Assembly: GCA_000708835.1 (NCBI GenBank)
Contig: DF237148.1
Span: forward strand, 62,001 to 126,000
Reading direction: 5' to 3'
Length of the DNA: 64,000 bases
DNA from: Klebsormidium nitens
Lineage: Eukaryota > Plantae > Klebsormidiophyceae
Shown here: one piece after another, positions 11,601 through 23,082 of the stretch
Numbering within the stretch: position 1 is the first letter of the stretch
How the letters are laid out: every line of letters starts with the position of its first letter
The notes under the pieces: generated by a model
The model's database searches: none
Seen by the model: the letters and a program-made list of their open reading frames with translations, nothing else
What the model was told of the DNA's origin: nothing
Program-made: the position numbers and the translations under genes

Positions 11601-14600
11601 GGGATCATGCCCCGGGCCTCCGCCGGCTGGGGGACGCCCAGCATGGTGTGGGTCTTGCCGGAACCGGTCTGCCCGTACGCGAAAATGCACACCTGCGCAA
11701 ATTCACAAGGAGAAGAGACGTTCTTATCAAATTGAAATGATGAGGATTTTCAAGGACAAGCGGCCTGCATCTAGCCAGGGAACAGACTCCTCGGCAAGCA
11801 GAAAACACATCGATCGAGGGGCTCTGGGGCCATTGACGCTTGTCTAAAACGCGCTGTATGAACACTGGAAAGATCTTGCATTTCCTGCACCGGTTGGCTC
11901 ATATTGGATAAGGTCACCCCTGTTGGAGTTCGCCACCGCTCAGTACAGGGTCGAAAGAGGAAGTCTCTTCTACTCACCAAATTCTCTGAGACGTCGATAT
12001 CTCGAAAAGCGTAAGGAACGATCAAGCAGAAGGCCAGGGCAGACAGTCTTTAGATGTTCAACAGAATACAGTAGATTTTGCTCGCCGCTCTTTTGAATGA
12101 GAAAGATTCGAGTTCCCACCTTGTAGCCATCGAGGGCGCTCTGCACGAGCATGGAGATCTCCTGGAACACCTCCGCCTGGGGCGCCTCAGGCCCGAAAAC
12201 CTTGTCGAATGCAAAGGGGTACTTGGGGCCTGAAACGGGAAGATGGTGTCAAGCGCCGGCGTCCATCGCTAAACAAGTCAAGCGGCGTTTCTCTGTATGC
12301 CGATCAATCAAGCCTCTCTTACTCCACAGTCTTCCTGTGGTCTCAAGCCAAGCATCACAAGCCCGGTTTCAGAGAGTCTAAGGACGAAGGCATCACCTGC
12401 GGCCGGCACCAGCTCGACCCCCCTGCCCGCCAGCTCTGCTGACGTGGGGTACTGCAGGATAGGCGGCTCGCCCGCACCTTCCTTTTCGTCCTCGGGGAGG
12501 GGGGGCCGGACGCGGCAGAAGACACGGATGTTGCCCTTCAGCTCCTGTACACATAGTGTAAGCGGGTTGACAGCCCGAAAATAGGGTCGGTTTTACCATT
12601 CTTCGATTTTGCCATGCACTTGAACGAGGTTGAACCAAATGTGATAAGATGATTGAAGTTGCATCATCATTAAGTAATAGGAAAGCGATGCGAAGTGAAA
12701 GGCCTCTCTCCCCTCAGACTGCAAGTCAGTTGAGCCAGTATGCGTTGAAGAGGCATTCACCACGTTCTTCCGGTTCCGTGGGGTGATAAAACAGTTAACA
12801 AGCACGAATCACCGCGCAAATCTGTGTCACTACCCTTCGAGCAATATCCTACTCTCACGTGAACGACCGAGAACTTGTGCAGACAGACTGATTGCCAGAG
12901 AAATCGTCTTCGAGAGACGTTAAGTGACGCCTTCCGAAGAGGCAAGACTGACGTCACGCACCTGGATAGTGTTGTGCAGCTTGCGGCGGACCTCCTCTCC
13001 GTCCGCCACCTTCTTTTCCGCCTCCGCTAGTTGCTCCTCTAAATCGGTGCACTTAGCCTGAAGGCCGTCCGCCTCCGCCCGCCGCTGCTTCGCTAAGCCC
13101 TCCGCCAGCTGTCAAGAGGAAATTCGACAGGTCGGTTAAGGTCAGAATCCGCTCGATATTGGAACAGACTTTGGAAATTGCACGGTGTTTCAAAGTTGAA
13201 GATTCACCCCGAAGATAATTTCTGGTTGGGTGCGCACGCTGTTTCTGAGCGTTTGAAATACCTACGTAACAATAGAAACGATGGTAGGCCGAAGGACCAG
13301 CCAGGAAGCGACAGATACGTGTTCCTTGGACAGTAGGACTACAAGTTACATCAAACTCTCAACAGTGTTACCTCTGAAACTAGGTTGTAGAGAGAAAATC
13401 CTAAGCAAAAGTTTGGCTTTTGTCGACCCACCTGGAACTTATGGGAGCCAACCTCGATCTGCCGCCTCAGGCCCGCAATCAGCTCAGCCTGGGACGAGAA
13501 GCTTTCCTGTAAAATGAATGATTGTATTCGCTTAGATGGAATGCGCACAAACATTGTGGCGGTCTTAGCAATAGAATGCCCGAAGCTAAGTTGCGAATGG
13601 TGAGCGGTGAGCAGGCCGCTACCTGGTCGAGCTCTTGGCCACACGTTCCTTCTCGGTCGCTTTGATGGTACCGGTATTCGGAAGGGAGGCCAAGTTCGTC
13701 TTGGATGTCAAGAGAGACGGAAATGCCTTTGCAAACGGACTCAAATTCTGCGCCCGCTCCCGAAGCATTCCATTGCTCTCCGGATCCGTCGCTGTCCGCT
13801 GCAACCCGCAGTGAAATGGAACCAATCATAAGAGGAAATACTCGAGGTGCAAAAACCCAGCTTGCGACCATACCAACTGGGTGATCCGTCCGTGAAACGG
13901 CACCAAGACGAAGGCAAAGGAATGCGATATACCCTTCTCTAGAACAGCTCCATCTGCACAGCATGCTTGCCGGTTCGCACAAGCGAACCAAGAGCCATCA
14001 AAGAGAAGAACCAGGGACCAACAAAACGACAAGGCAGTAGAACGAGAAACCAACCTCGAGCGCGGTGGCCTTGTTCGCGAGCGACTCCATCTCTGCGGCA
14101 GACTTTCCGGTGCATTCGCGGTACCGCGCGTTCTCTGCCGCCAGGGCCTTCCCTTCGGCCGCCCGCTCGTCACGCTCCGCCACAACTTTGACCACCTCGG
14201 CACGTGCCCTCTCGCAGTCCGCGGCTAGGAGCTGCTTCGACTGGACTGCCTCGTCTGCCGAGCGCTGCAGAAGCGCACGGGGAAGGATTCGATCTCGGTG
14301 TCTTCTTTATCTTTTTGGTTCTCCTAAGCAAAGGAGTCAATTCGCTACGAAGGGTAACGTCAGAGAAATGTTTGGTACAATTTCCTTGTGTTGCTACCTT
14401 GAGAGATGCTTGTTGTGTTTGGAATGAGGAGGGACTCTGCCTGGCCCTAGCTGTCTCGAAGAAAAGGGTTGCTCAAAGTACGGCCTTCGAGCAGAGCCAA
14501 AGACGTAAGAACGGGGATTGCACCTGAAGATATGGGCATGGTCCGTCGAACGAAACGTTTCACGCTGTGCAAGCTGAGTCCTTTTGTGGACGTGTTGCCA

Positions 14601-17255
14601 CTGCTTCAAATGTGAGTTAAGAATGTGTACTCACCATGGCCTGCCCCAGCTGCGCCTGAAGGGCCGCATTCTGCCCCTTTACCGCCGCCATCTCTTCCAC
14701 CAGGACGGCGCGCTCCTCCTGCACCTTCAGTAGCGCCTGCTGCGCAGTTGCCGTATCGCCCTGCAAGAAGCAGGATGCGGCTTATCCATTTGCGAGGGAA
14801 TGGGTGTAAGCTTCGCTATCACAGCCATAACTTCACCATGAATAGCTCTTCGACTCTCTTCTGCTGGAACTAGTCTTGTCTGCAGCTGGAAGGAGGCGCT
14901 GCTCATTGATCTTTTGTTTCCGCTTGTAGGACAATCCGAAAACACTGACCATCTCTGAAAGACCTGTTGCGCAAAGACCCGACCACTTCCGCTCCCTCTG
15001 ATTGTTCAGTGTGAGGACCAACAGCCAAGTCCCTTTGCTTTGAACCCAACACTTATCCTATTCTCACACCAAACCTTCAGAACGAAACGTCAGCATCACG
15101 AGCGGTTGGCCAGGTTCACACCTGCAGTTTGCTATTGTACGACTGTAGGCTGGTGTTGTACTCCTGGAGCCGTGTGTTGATGTCCCGCATTGCAGCCCCT
15201 TGCTCGGTCAATGTGGCAATCTCCGCTTGGGCACGGGACAGGTCGGCTGGACAAAAAGAGGAGAAAAGAACGGACTTGAAGGGCGAATCCTCTTGAATTC
15301 ACAAGGAGGGCGTCCAATAAGGTCTTTTATCGCAAAACCATATAAACATATTTTCTCATGGTCGTAAGTGACCAGACGAGCCAAAGGACTGGTTGGGGAG
15401 GCTGGCTACTCCATTCGATTGGCTCCTAGAAGCCGGGTCGCTCTGAGCTTGACGGCCGTTTAAGCGAAGCATCCCTGTGAAATAGCATCCATCTGCCAAG
15501 CCAAGGGATTAGCGAGGGAAGCTTTGAGTATTGACTGCATCTCGATGTCAGCCAAAGAGCTTTGTAGCCTTCACTCGGCGAGTCACTGACGCCCATTCGG
15601 AAATAGCCAGCTTCTACCCCTTCGGGAGGTCTGAGGTTAACATTCCCGCTTCAATGCATGGTCTGGATCAGCTCCTTACTATAAAATTGACCCTGCTTTT
15701 CCACCCACCTGTGAGCCGGGACTTTGTCTCTGCCGCTTCCGCCAGCGCCTCTCCGTTGCTCTGCCGCACCGCCTGCAGGCTCGCGTTTTCCGCCTGGGAG
15801 TCTGAAAGTCTCCGCTCTAGTTCGCTGATGTTCTGCTTCAGAGCTGCCACCTCCGTCTCCAAGTCACTCTGCCTCCTTGCGGCGGCCGTGGCTGCAATTG
15901 AACTAGACCCTTTTAGACAATGCACATGGCTCTTTTGAATCTTGCAAAGGAAACTCCATCCACCGTCTCTGAACATGTCTGGTGGAGAACAAACGTTAAA
16001 TTGGATATTCTGCTTTATTCTTTCACTAACCGTACTGACCCCGAAGGAACCTGATGTGTGGTGACAGACGCACTTTTGTCCTTCCACTCTCCTTGGCTAC
16101 GTTTGACCGGAGGCTGCCCTTCACTATGAGGAAGCCCCATGAACTCAGGTGGACCTGAGTCACCCATCCTTGAAAGACAATAGAGTCCTAGAAGATTTCT
16201 CGCACTCTGCAGTTCCCTGAGCAGGTTGCCTTGTGGTGACTATGTATTTGAACGTCTTCAAGTCCTGCAAAGCATACTCCCCTCTTCACTTAGATGAGAG
16301 GCCAAATGCAACGTATCCTTCGCCCTTCGCAAAATGGCATACCTGCGTCCTCCCTGAGTGTCTTCTCCTTGGCAACGTCGGCCTGCAGGCTGTCCTTCTC
16401 CATGAGGAAGCCCTGCTCCAGCTGCTGGAAGTTGCGGATACACGCGCGCAGCTTCTTGATGTACTCCATCATCTGCTCGCTCTTGCCCTGGCAGCAAAAA
16501 GTGAGATGCATCGCAAAGATGTTCAGCTGTGAGTCAATCGGTCTGCTGGTTAATGGCTGGCCAGAGAAAAGATTGCGTGCAGCTCTTGAGCTACTTGATC
16601 ATCAGCTCGCTTGCCCTTTCAGCAGAAGGACACATCAGCAAGATGTCAATTCATCCGAAAGGATCTTCAGCTGTGGTCGGTCTGCTGGCAGATGGCTGGC
16701 CAAGGGAAAGTTTCGAGGAATGCCTTGGAAATGTAGTACCACTACACAAAGAGCACAAAGAAGAAAGGCACTCGCTCACCACATCTCTATCCTCTCAGCC
16801 AGCTTTGAGCACATCTCATTCGGTTGCTACACACCTTGTTAAAAAGACAACCAAGCAAAGCACTGAAACATAGCGTCTACACCGCTGAGGCACCAACATA
16901 AGGAGCAATTGCGCCCTACACATCATCCCTCCGCCAAATACAAGGCAGTTTTCAGCAGATTACTGCCCACCTTGTAATCGAACTTGCCCTTCCCCATCAT
17001 CTTCATGCTCAGCAGCTCTTCCACGTTCATGCTGGCCGAAGAGATGCCCTCCCACTGTGGCTCAGGGACAGTTTGCACTGCAGAAGCCACCGGCGGCCGG
17101 CCATTCACAGAGTCTTTCCGCGCAGAGAGACCGCCAAGCGTGGCCCGCCTGGTTGGAGGAGCTGGGTCGAGAGTTGACAGCTTGCGCTTCTTCTCGGGGG
17201 GGCCGCAGGCATTCTCCTTGTCCTGCATTTGTTTGTGTAGTGCACGTTTCACCAT
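8621..17255 (-). CDS. Kinesin-14 (C-terminal motor, ATK1/ATK5/KatA-like), ~16 exons, intact
   Basis: Exons 17255-16971, 16487-16343, 15891-15709, 15246-15122, 14760-14635, 14264-14055, 13488-13432, 13108-12962, 12544-12397, 12229-12120, 11692-11552, 11194-11108, 10528-10386, 9603-9417, 8893-8621, all phase-consistent; a small extra exon near 13.6 kb is possible. Motifs: [17 protein letters not shown], neck [24 protein letters not shown]-loop [14 protein letters not shown], switch [10 protein letters not shown], switch [38 protein letters not shown]. Start codon could be 17255 or 17228. Confidence 0.95.
9721..9743. other. Assembly gap (23 N) in kinesin intron
   Basis: Run of N; similar ~50-nt sequences (gaacgattacac...gaaccggtgtgt) lie on both sides. 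Confidence 0.99.
9796..10017 (-). repeat. Two truncated copies of the acceptor + first ~55-65 nt of the kinesin switch-I exon
   Basis: cag|GACGGTCGGCCGCACCGCCATGAACGAGCGCTCGTC...CACTGCGTGTTCAC occurs at 9603 (real exon), 9860 and 10014, each with its own pyrimidine tract. Confidence 0.9.
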
Positions 17256-18479
17256 TAGGATTGCAATGTGAAGTCTGTGTTTGGGGCATGCAGAGCTTCC
17301 GTCATGTTTGGAGCATGGGGTGCTTTGCTTTTGCAGAGTTGAGATGTGGGTTGATGGGGTCAGAAGGAAAATGCTCCAATAGATCCTGTGCAATGCTGAA
17401 GGTTGTGCCATGGGCTGGGAAACCGTGAGAAAGCAGTACTTAAGCCACCAGCGAAAATCTCTTTGCTTAAAAGTTGCGGGTCGACATCGCTTGATGCAAA
17501 ACGTTCAACTTCATTGCCCAGCTTAAATAGCTTGACAAGTGAAAGAGCTGATTGCAGAATTAACCTCAGAGTAAGAGTGTAGCGGAGATTGTTCAGCAGG
17601 TTGATGAGAATATCAGAAGCATCTTTCCACATTGATGTCCCAGAAATGGACGAGCACAACAATTTTATGTCCTGACAAACCCTGCCTCAGTTTCAGAAGA
17701 CATGACTGCAACTTAACCTTTTCATTCGGTAGCCTTGCCACCTGCTATGAATGAGAAGGAGTACCACCTGGCACCGCTCTGGTCCCAAAAGGCAGGCCGT
17801 TACGCATGTGACTTGGGTATCCAAGGCCAGCCTGAAGTGCATTGCTTTTCCGTCAAGTTGGTATACAGTGTAGTTCGCTCTTACCGCAACAGGATCCATA
17901 GTGGCCCTGGAGGAGGTTGGGGCCCTGGGCAAGCGCGACGGTGCAGAAGACTTCATCAGCGACTACCCTAGACTAATGCTCGCTGGCTGTCAAGATACCC
18001 TGAGCTGATTCAGTTTTCTGATTGTGTATCTAGATGGTCCTTTCCCTCTCCAGAGTTCTAGAATAATTCTCATTCGTGTTCTGATTCACTAATTGGTCAA
18101 AGTCACTGTTCTCCACCTGCATTGCCCGGCCGCTCTGTGTGGGGCAATTGCTGCTTCCAGCACTCTCTCCTACGGTGTTGACTTCAACAAAAGCTTGCGT
18201 TTCCAAGTAGCCTTGTCTCTGGACGTGACTCTTCCCGGCTTGCAAGCGTCCTCAGAAACTAGTACCATAACTGTGAAAGCAGACCAGTTGCAGAACCATA
18301 GCCGAGCTTGTTTGCAGGCGCACCTCGGCAACAGTACACGTCTTTCGAAAAGACCGCCCCAGCGGCTTTTTCCCCTTTGAATCGAACTCCCTTTCACTTT
18401 CAAGTTTCTGCCAAGGGGAAATCAAAGGAACTTTTGAACCTTCTGCTCAAGCCGTTGTTTCTCATCGGGCGGCCTTACG

Positions 18480-18640
18480 AGAGGGCATCGACGGTGCAGA
18501 ATTAACCCGCGGTAAGATCGCGCGCAGAACGCGCTTGGAAGACCGCGCAGCCCTAAACCTTTCTAAACCCGGCATCCCCACGGATGCACAGCACCGCGTC
18601 GCGCGACGCGCGCGCGGCCGGCAGACTCCAACCAACTTAG
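18480..18640. promoter_or_regulatory. Possible promoter region upstream of the kinesin gene
   Basis: CG-dense patch with telo-box-like ccctaaacc / ctaaaccc at 18551-18570, about 1.3 kb upstream of the kinesin ATG. Confidence 0.3.
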
Positions 18641-19049
18641 TTAAACTGTGATTTTCCCCGCGTTTGTCATGTGCCAGGCGACTCCGCCGCAGCTGGGCGG
18701 CTCATAAGTGTCGCTCGATGTCTGGCTTTCTCTGTTGTATTTGAAAATGCTGATTGTTGGCACCCCGTTGGCACCAAGTCTTTACTAGGCCCCCACTATG
18801 CCGGACAAAATAAAGAGTACCTGTACTTTTTGAAGCGCACTCAGGCTCTCGGGAAGACCTGATTCAGCACAATAACAACGTAGTGCCGACACTAGGACGT
18901 TTTTATTAATGTTCGATCTGTACCATCTTGTAGTTCGAGTTGCAGGTTGTCTTGGATTCAAATATCATATCGTATGGTGATCGTATGATTGCCACCTTTT
19001 TCTGACCTTGGGCTTGTAACTCGGAGAAAGATCCGCCTGTATCATCGTA

Positions 19050-21325
19050 TCAGGCTGTCTGCTGGCGAACACTTGGTGGGTACTTGAGCTCCTTTAGCAC
19101 GTTTTTGCGAGTGAAACCTCCATCGGCAAGGCTTCGTGCAAACGTCTCAGATGGAAACCGGTGCGCAGAGGCGAGAAGAGCGTTTGGCGTGACGTGAAAC
19201 TGCGGACCGCAAGAACGCTAAGGTGACATGCGCCACCCGGAGATAACGCAGGAAGCCTGTTCTTAGCTTCGACCGACAAGGAACATATGAGCATCTATGA
19301 AACTCACGAAAAATAGTAGTAAGCCAAGATAATAGTAAGGTAACCGCACTGGGACGGGTAGGGTTAGTTTGGTGGTTAGGGTGGGTACGGATGCGGAGCA
19401 GGTATCTTGTGAGGTCAGGGTTCTCAGTGTTAGTCTGAGCTTACTATTATCTTGGCTAAGTATTATCTTTCTTGAGAGTTATCGAGCATCCGTGGGACTC
19501 CGTCAGCAGCTCTGGGGCGCCGCCATCCGCATCCGACGAATCAGGCTTTGCAGCCGTGTCATTTGCGCTGTCGTGCTCGGCGGCAGCCCCGCGGGCAGCT
19601 CTCCGCCCCGGCATGCAGGCGGCTTTGTTCCAACTAGTATGAGACGTGTCCAGTCTTAAGTATTTTTCAGCCAGCGAGATACGATTTTATTCAGCTTCTG
19701 ACCAGCCCGGCCCAGGCTTCGGCATCCAAGCCTCAGGTTTTATCTCAATTCATGGACGAGTGTCAGTGTGATTAAGATCAGAAGTCATAGCCGCACTGCC
19801 TGCAGCCTAAACTCGTCAAACTTTTCAGTTGCAATCTTGCACAGAATGCAAACCAACCACGTAAGAGTCGGTTTGCAATTGCAGAAGTATGACGAAGGGC
19901 GCTGTCCTGTCAGGGACGTTCAATCTGGTCTCTTGTACGACCACGAAAAGCCCCAGAATAGAAAGTCGAAAAGTGAGGAAAGATATCAAAAGATGAGGGA
20001 GACAAAAGCACAAAACGGTAAAACGACTAGCCGAAGAAGATGTGAGAAAAAAGGAGGAATGAGCAGAGCTTTAGTAGAGATCCTGGCGCAAGCAGTACAA
20101 TCAAGTTGAGCTGCCGAGAACGGGAGCCACAAAGTGAAAGCCGTTGGGCTGCCTTGCTTGTATTTCAGTCGGCCGCTCTTCCCCGGGCTGCACTTCAAAC
20201 AACGGGGTTGAGAGAAAAATAGTTGAGTCGCTTCTGAAACTCTAGCTCTCTTCTCGAAGCACTCGGAGTGAGCTTTTTGGCCCTCCTTAGAAGTGTTCTA
20301 CCTGACACTCATGACCATGTATATTGAGCGCGGCTGTTTTGTGGAGCGCAAGAACGCACTGACGTCTCGGAAGTCCGCTTCGCTATATATGATCTCCGAT
20401 CGACCGGTTCATTCTTCTGTCGGTGCGTGCGTGCCTGGGCCACAGTATGCCACTTTTAAAGGGTTCTGCAGATTAGATGCAAGTGCGAAGCGGCTTGAAG
20501 CTCTGTCCACTCATTTCTCATGTCTTGCTTGATTGCAGCTTTGAGAACAATATCGTTTGATTACGTTCGCTTGAAGGTGCCCGGCCCGTTACATTCATAG
20601 CACTTGACGTATACTCATGGCAGACTTTCTCGGCGCTGCGTTCTGGCTGCCTTCACTGGAAAGATCTATCCGGGTTCCTTCAAGGCCTTGCCATAGGAGA
20701 ATTCCACAGAATTTTCGGTAGTTTTCCTTACATTGCAGCGCAAGAGAGTCAGCCATGAGCGCATCTCGATTGCTATGAACAGGCCCAACGAAAAGATGCT
20801 GCTTTAGCATCCGAGCACCTGTCCTGGGTAGGAGTCTCGGTTAACGAAGTGGGCAAACGCACTTAATGAATCCGTTCTGCTGCAGTTTTTCTGGGTGTCC
20901 AGCTTGGAAACTTGTCGTTACCAGATCAAATCTTGGGACGAAAACCACGCCTTGCTGTTGCGAGATTAATCTCAACTTGCATAATCACTTGCCACCCATA
21001 CTTCCTGTCTCACAATTATTGGCGACCGAAACGCTTCTCAAAGTGCGCCGAGCTTTTCCTGCCTCAGCCTGAGCCGAGGTGATAATGACAGACGTTTTCA
21101 CGGAGTTCCTCGTCATGGGTCTGCTCCTACACGGTAACGTCACCTTCAGTGCATCACTGCCGTCGAAGTTGGTCACGAATCCTGACATCGACGGTTCAAT
21201 TATCAGAGGGGACGTCACGAACAAAACCCCACAAGCTTGCCCGCTTTGTGACTGCTACAAAACGGCCAGGCTGCGACGTTTTGAAACACCCTTGCGCTTG
21301 GGGCAATGTTGCAGCCTGTGAGGGT
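19050..21325 (-). CDS. Possible spliced orphan gene, product unknown
   Basis: Acceptor-bounded open segments: 21325-20985 (TLTGCNIAPSARVFQNVAAWPF...GFVTNFDGSDALK), ~20820-20730 (LKQHLFVGPVHSNRDALMADSLALQ, donor T|GTAAGG) and a terminal exon 19199-19050 (FHVTPNALLASAHRFPSETFARSLADGGFTRKNVLKELKYPPSVRQQTA*). No complete chain or start codon could be built. Confidence 0.3.
19322..19457. repeat. Small inverted-repeat-bounded element (18-bp perfect IR, 100-bp spacer)
   Basis: agccaagataatagtaag (19322-19339) and cttactattatcttggct (19440-19457); G-rich core gggacgggtagggttagtttggtggttagggtgggtacgg. Confidence 0.75.
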
Positions 21326-23082
21326 CTACCGAGGCGCACCAATTATGGTTGAAAACTAACTTCCAAGCTCCCTTGTTCTGGCCCCTCGGGGTCGAGACAA
21401 GAATTTCTGAAAGCTGAGCCTTAGTTCAGCTTCAGCCATCACATCCGTCTTCCAGTACATATCCGTTCTCTAGATACATGCACCCAATTTTCATTTCAGA
21501 GCAAATCCGTATCCTGATTGAATTGTTGTCCAGTAAGGCAAGTCGAGCCTGTCATATATAGCTTATAACATGCATTCCATTCAATGTCAACCCAGATTGT
21601 CAGTACGTTTTCCGCTCTTTGTCAAGGACTTCTAGGTCATTCTTTCAAAAGTGTCACGGGATCTTCAAGGGCCGCCCAGTTTGGCTGAATGACGCCATGC
21701 TTTTCCGCCACATACGACGCAGGTCTGGCTAGCTTGGCGGATCAATGAGACAATGAACTTGTATACGGCAGTTCATATCCGGGGGGAGAGCACCGAATCA
21801 CCTTTATGTGGAGATATGAAGGAGCCACAGTGGGGAAAGAGAAGAGGCAATGAAGCTATAGTTCCTTCTTTTGTCGCGGTCACAAGGCGTATTATCATAC
21901 AGATCCGTCTGTATATATACGTGGCAAAGTTTTTTGTGCAAAATTAAGGTTTTCTCAATCACAGATGCTTACTACTGTAGTTCCAAACAGATTATCCTGG
22001 ACACTCGCTGGACTCAGGGACGCGCAGGGCGTGCCACCGTGTAGAAACCGTCAGATCATCAGCGACATGTACTCACGCGATAAGTCTTGCAGATCCCATG
22101 CGGGCCCTAGATAAGCGGGTACGTGAACGTCTAGCTGCAAACAATCATTCCGACAGCTCAGTACTATAAGCTGATTCTTATCGATCAGCTAGAACCCGGC
22201 GCGCCGTCGTTTGACTTGTTGAACCGTTGAACTGGATTGGATCGACAATGCATGTCGGATCGATCATTGCGTATACGTTAGTACGTGGCGCAGCAGATCA
22301 ATGCCGCGTGATAGACTCTGTCACGCGCATCATTGCATACATCTGAGATGTATGGAGATGTATGCAACTGAGCGAGTCGTCGAGGCCCGGCGGCCCATGC
22401 AGTTATTTAAGATATAGGCCAAAAGCACAGTCCGAATGTAGAACATGGTAGGACCGTCACTACCGTACCGCATGTGGCTGCGCCGCGGACTCACCAATGG
22501 CAACTTAACCGGCGGGGCGTGTCAGAAATGCCTGATGATGATGATCGGACCGTGTCATACAATCATTCTCTGAGACCGATATGTTGATTGCAGGTTAGAT
22601 TTGACTTACGACACGCTCTAGCTGCAGGGCGACCGTCGCGCCGTTGCCCACAACCAAACAATCACGAGATAAGCTAGGATCCAATTGGTGCAAAATTGTT
22701 CAGGCTCGCATCCAAACAAGGGGGTGGACTGATGGGAAGGAGGATTTGAACAGCTGAGCGCTCTAGCTTCTCCAGATAACGCGTCAAGTGTGGGCGACCA
22801 GTTCGAGAGGTAAAATTGTGTCAGAATATCTTCAAGACCAGACCAAACGACCCAAGACTAACCGTTAAAGCGGATTGAGTATCCAAGTAATGTCGTCCAG
22901 GATTATTTTGAATGCCTTCCCCGCCGCTACAGGTCTAACAATCTGTGGATGAATACCCGCCCTGCCGTGCAGTGTAATCGGGGCACCCTGGCTCCTCGGG
23001 TCCTCCTTGCAAACCCATGACACCCAAACCCGCTACAACCCGCAGAATGAACCACAAGAAACTTCAAGGCGTGCAACTCGAC

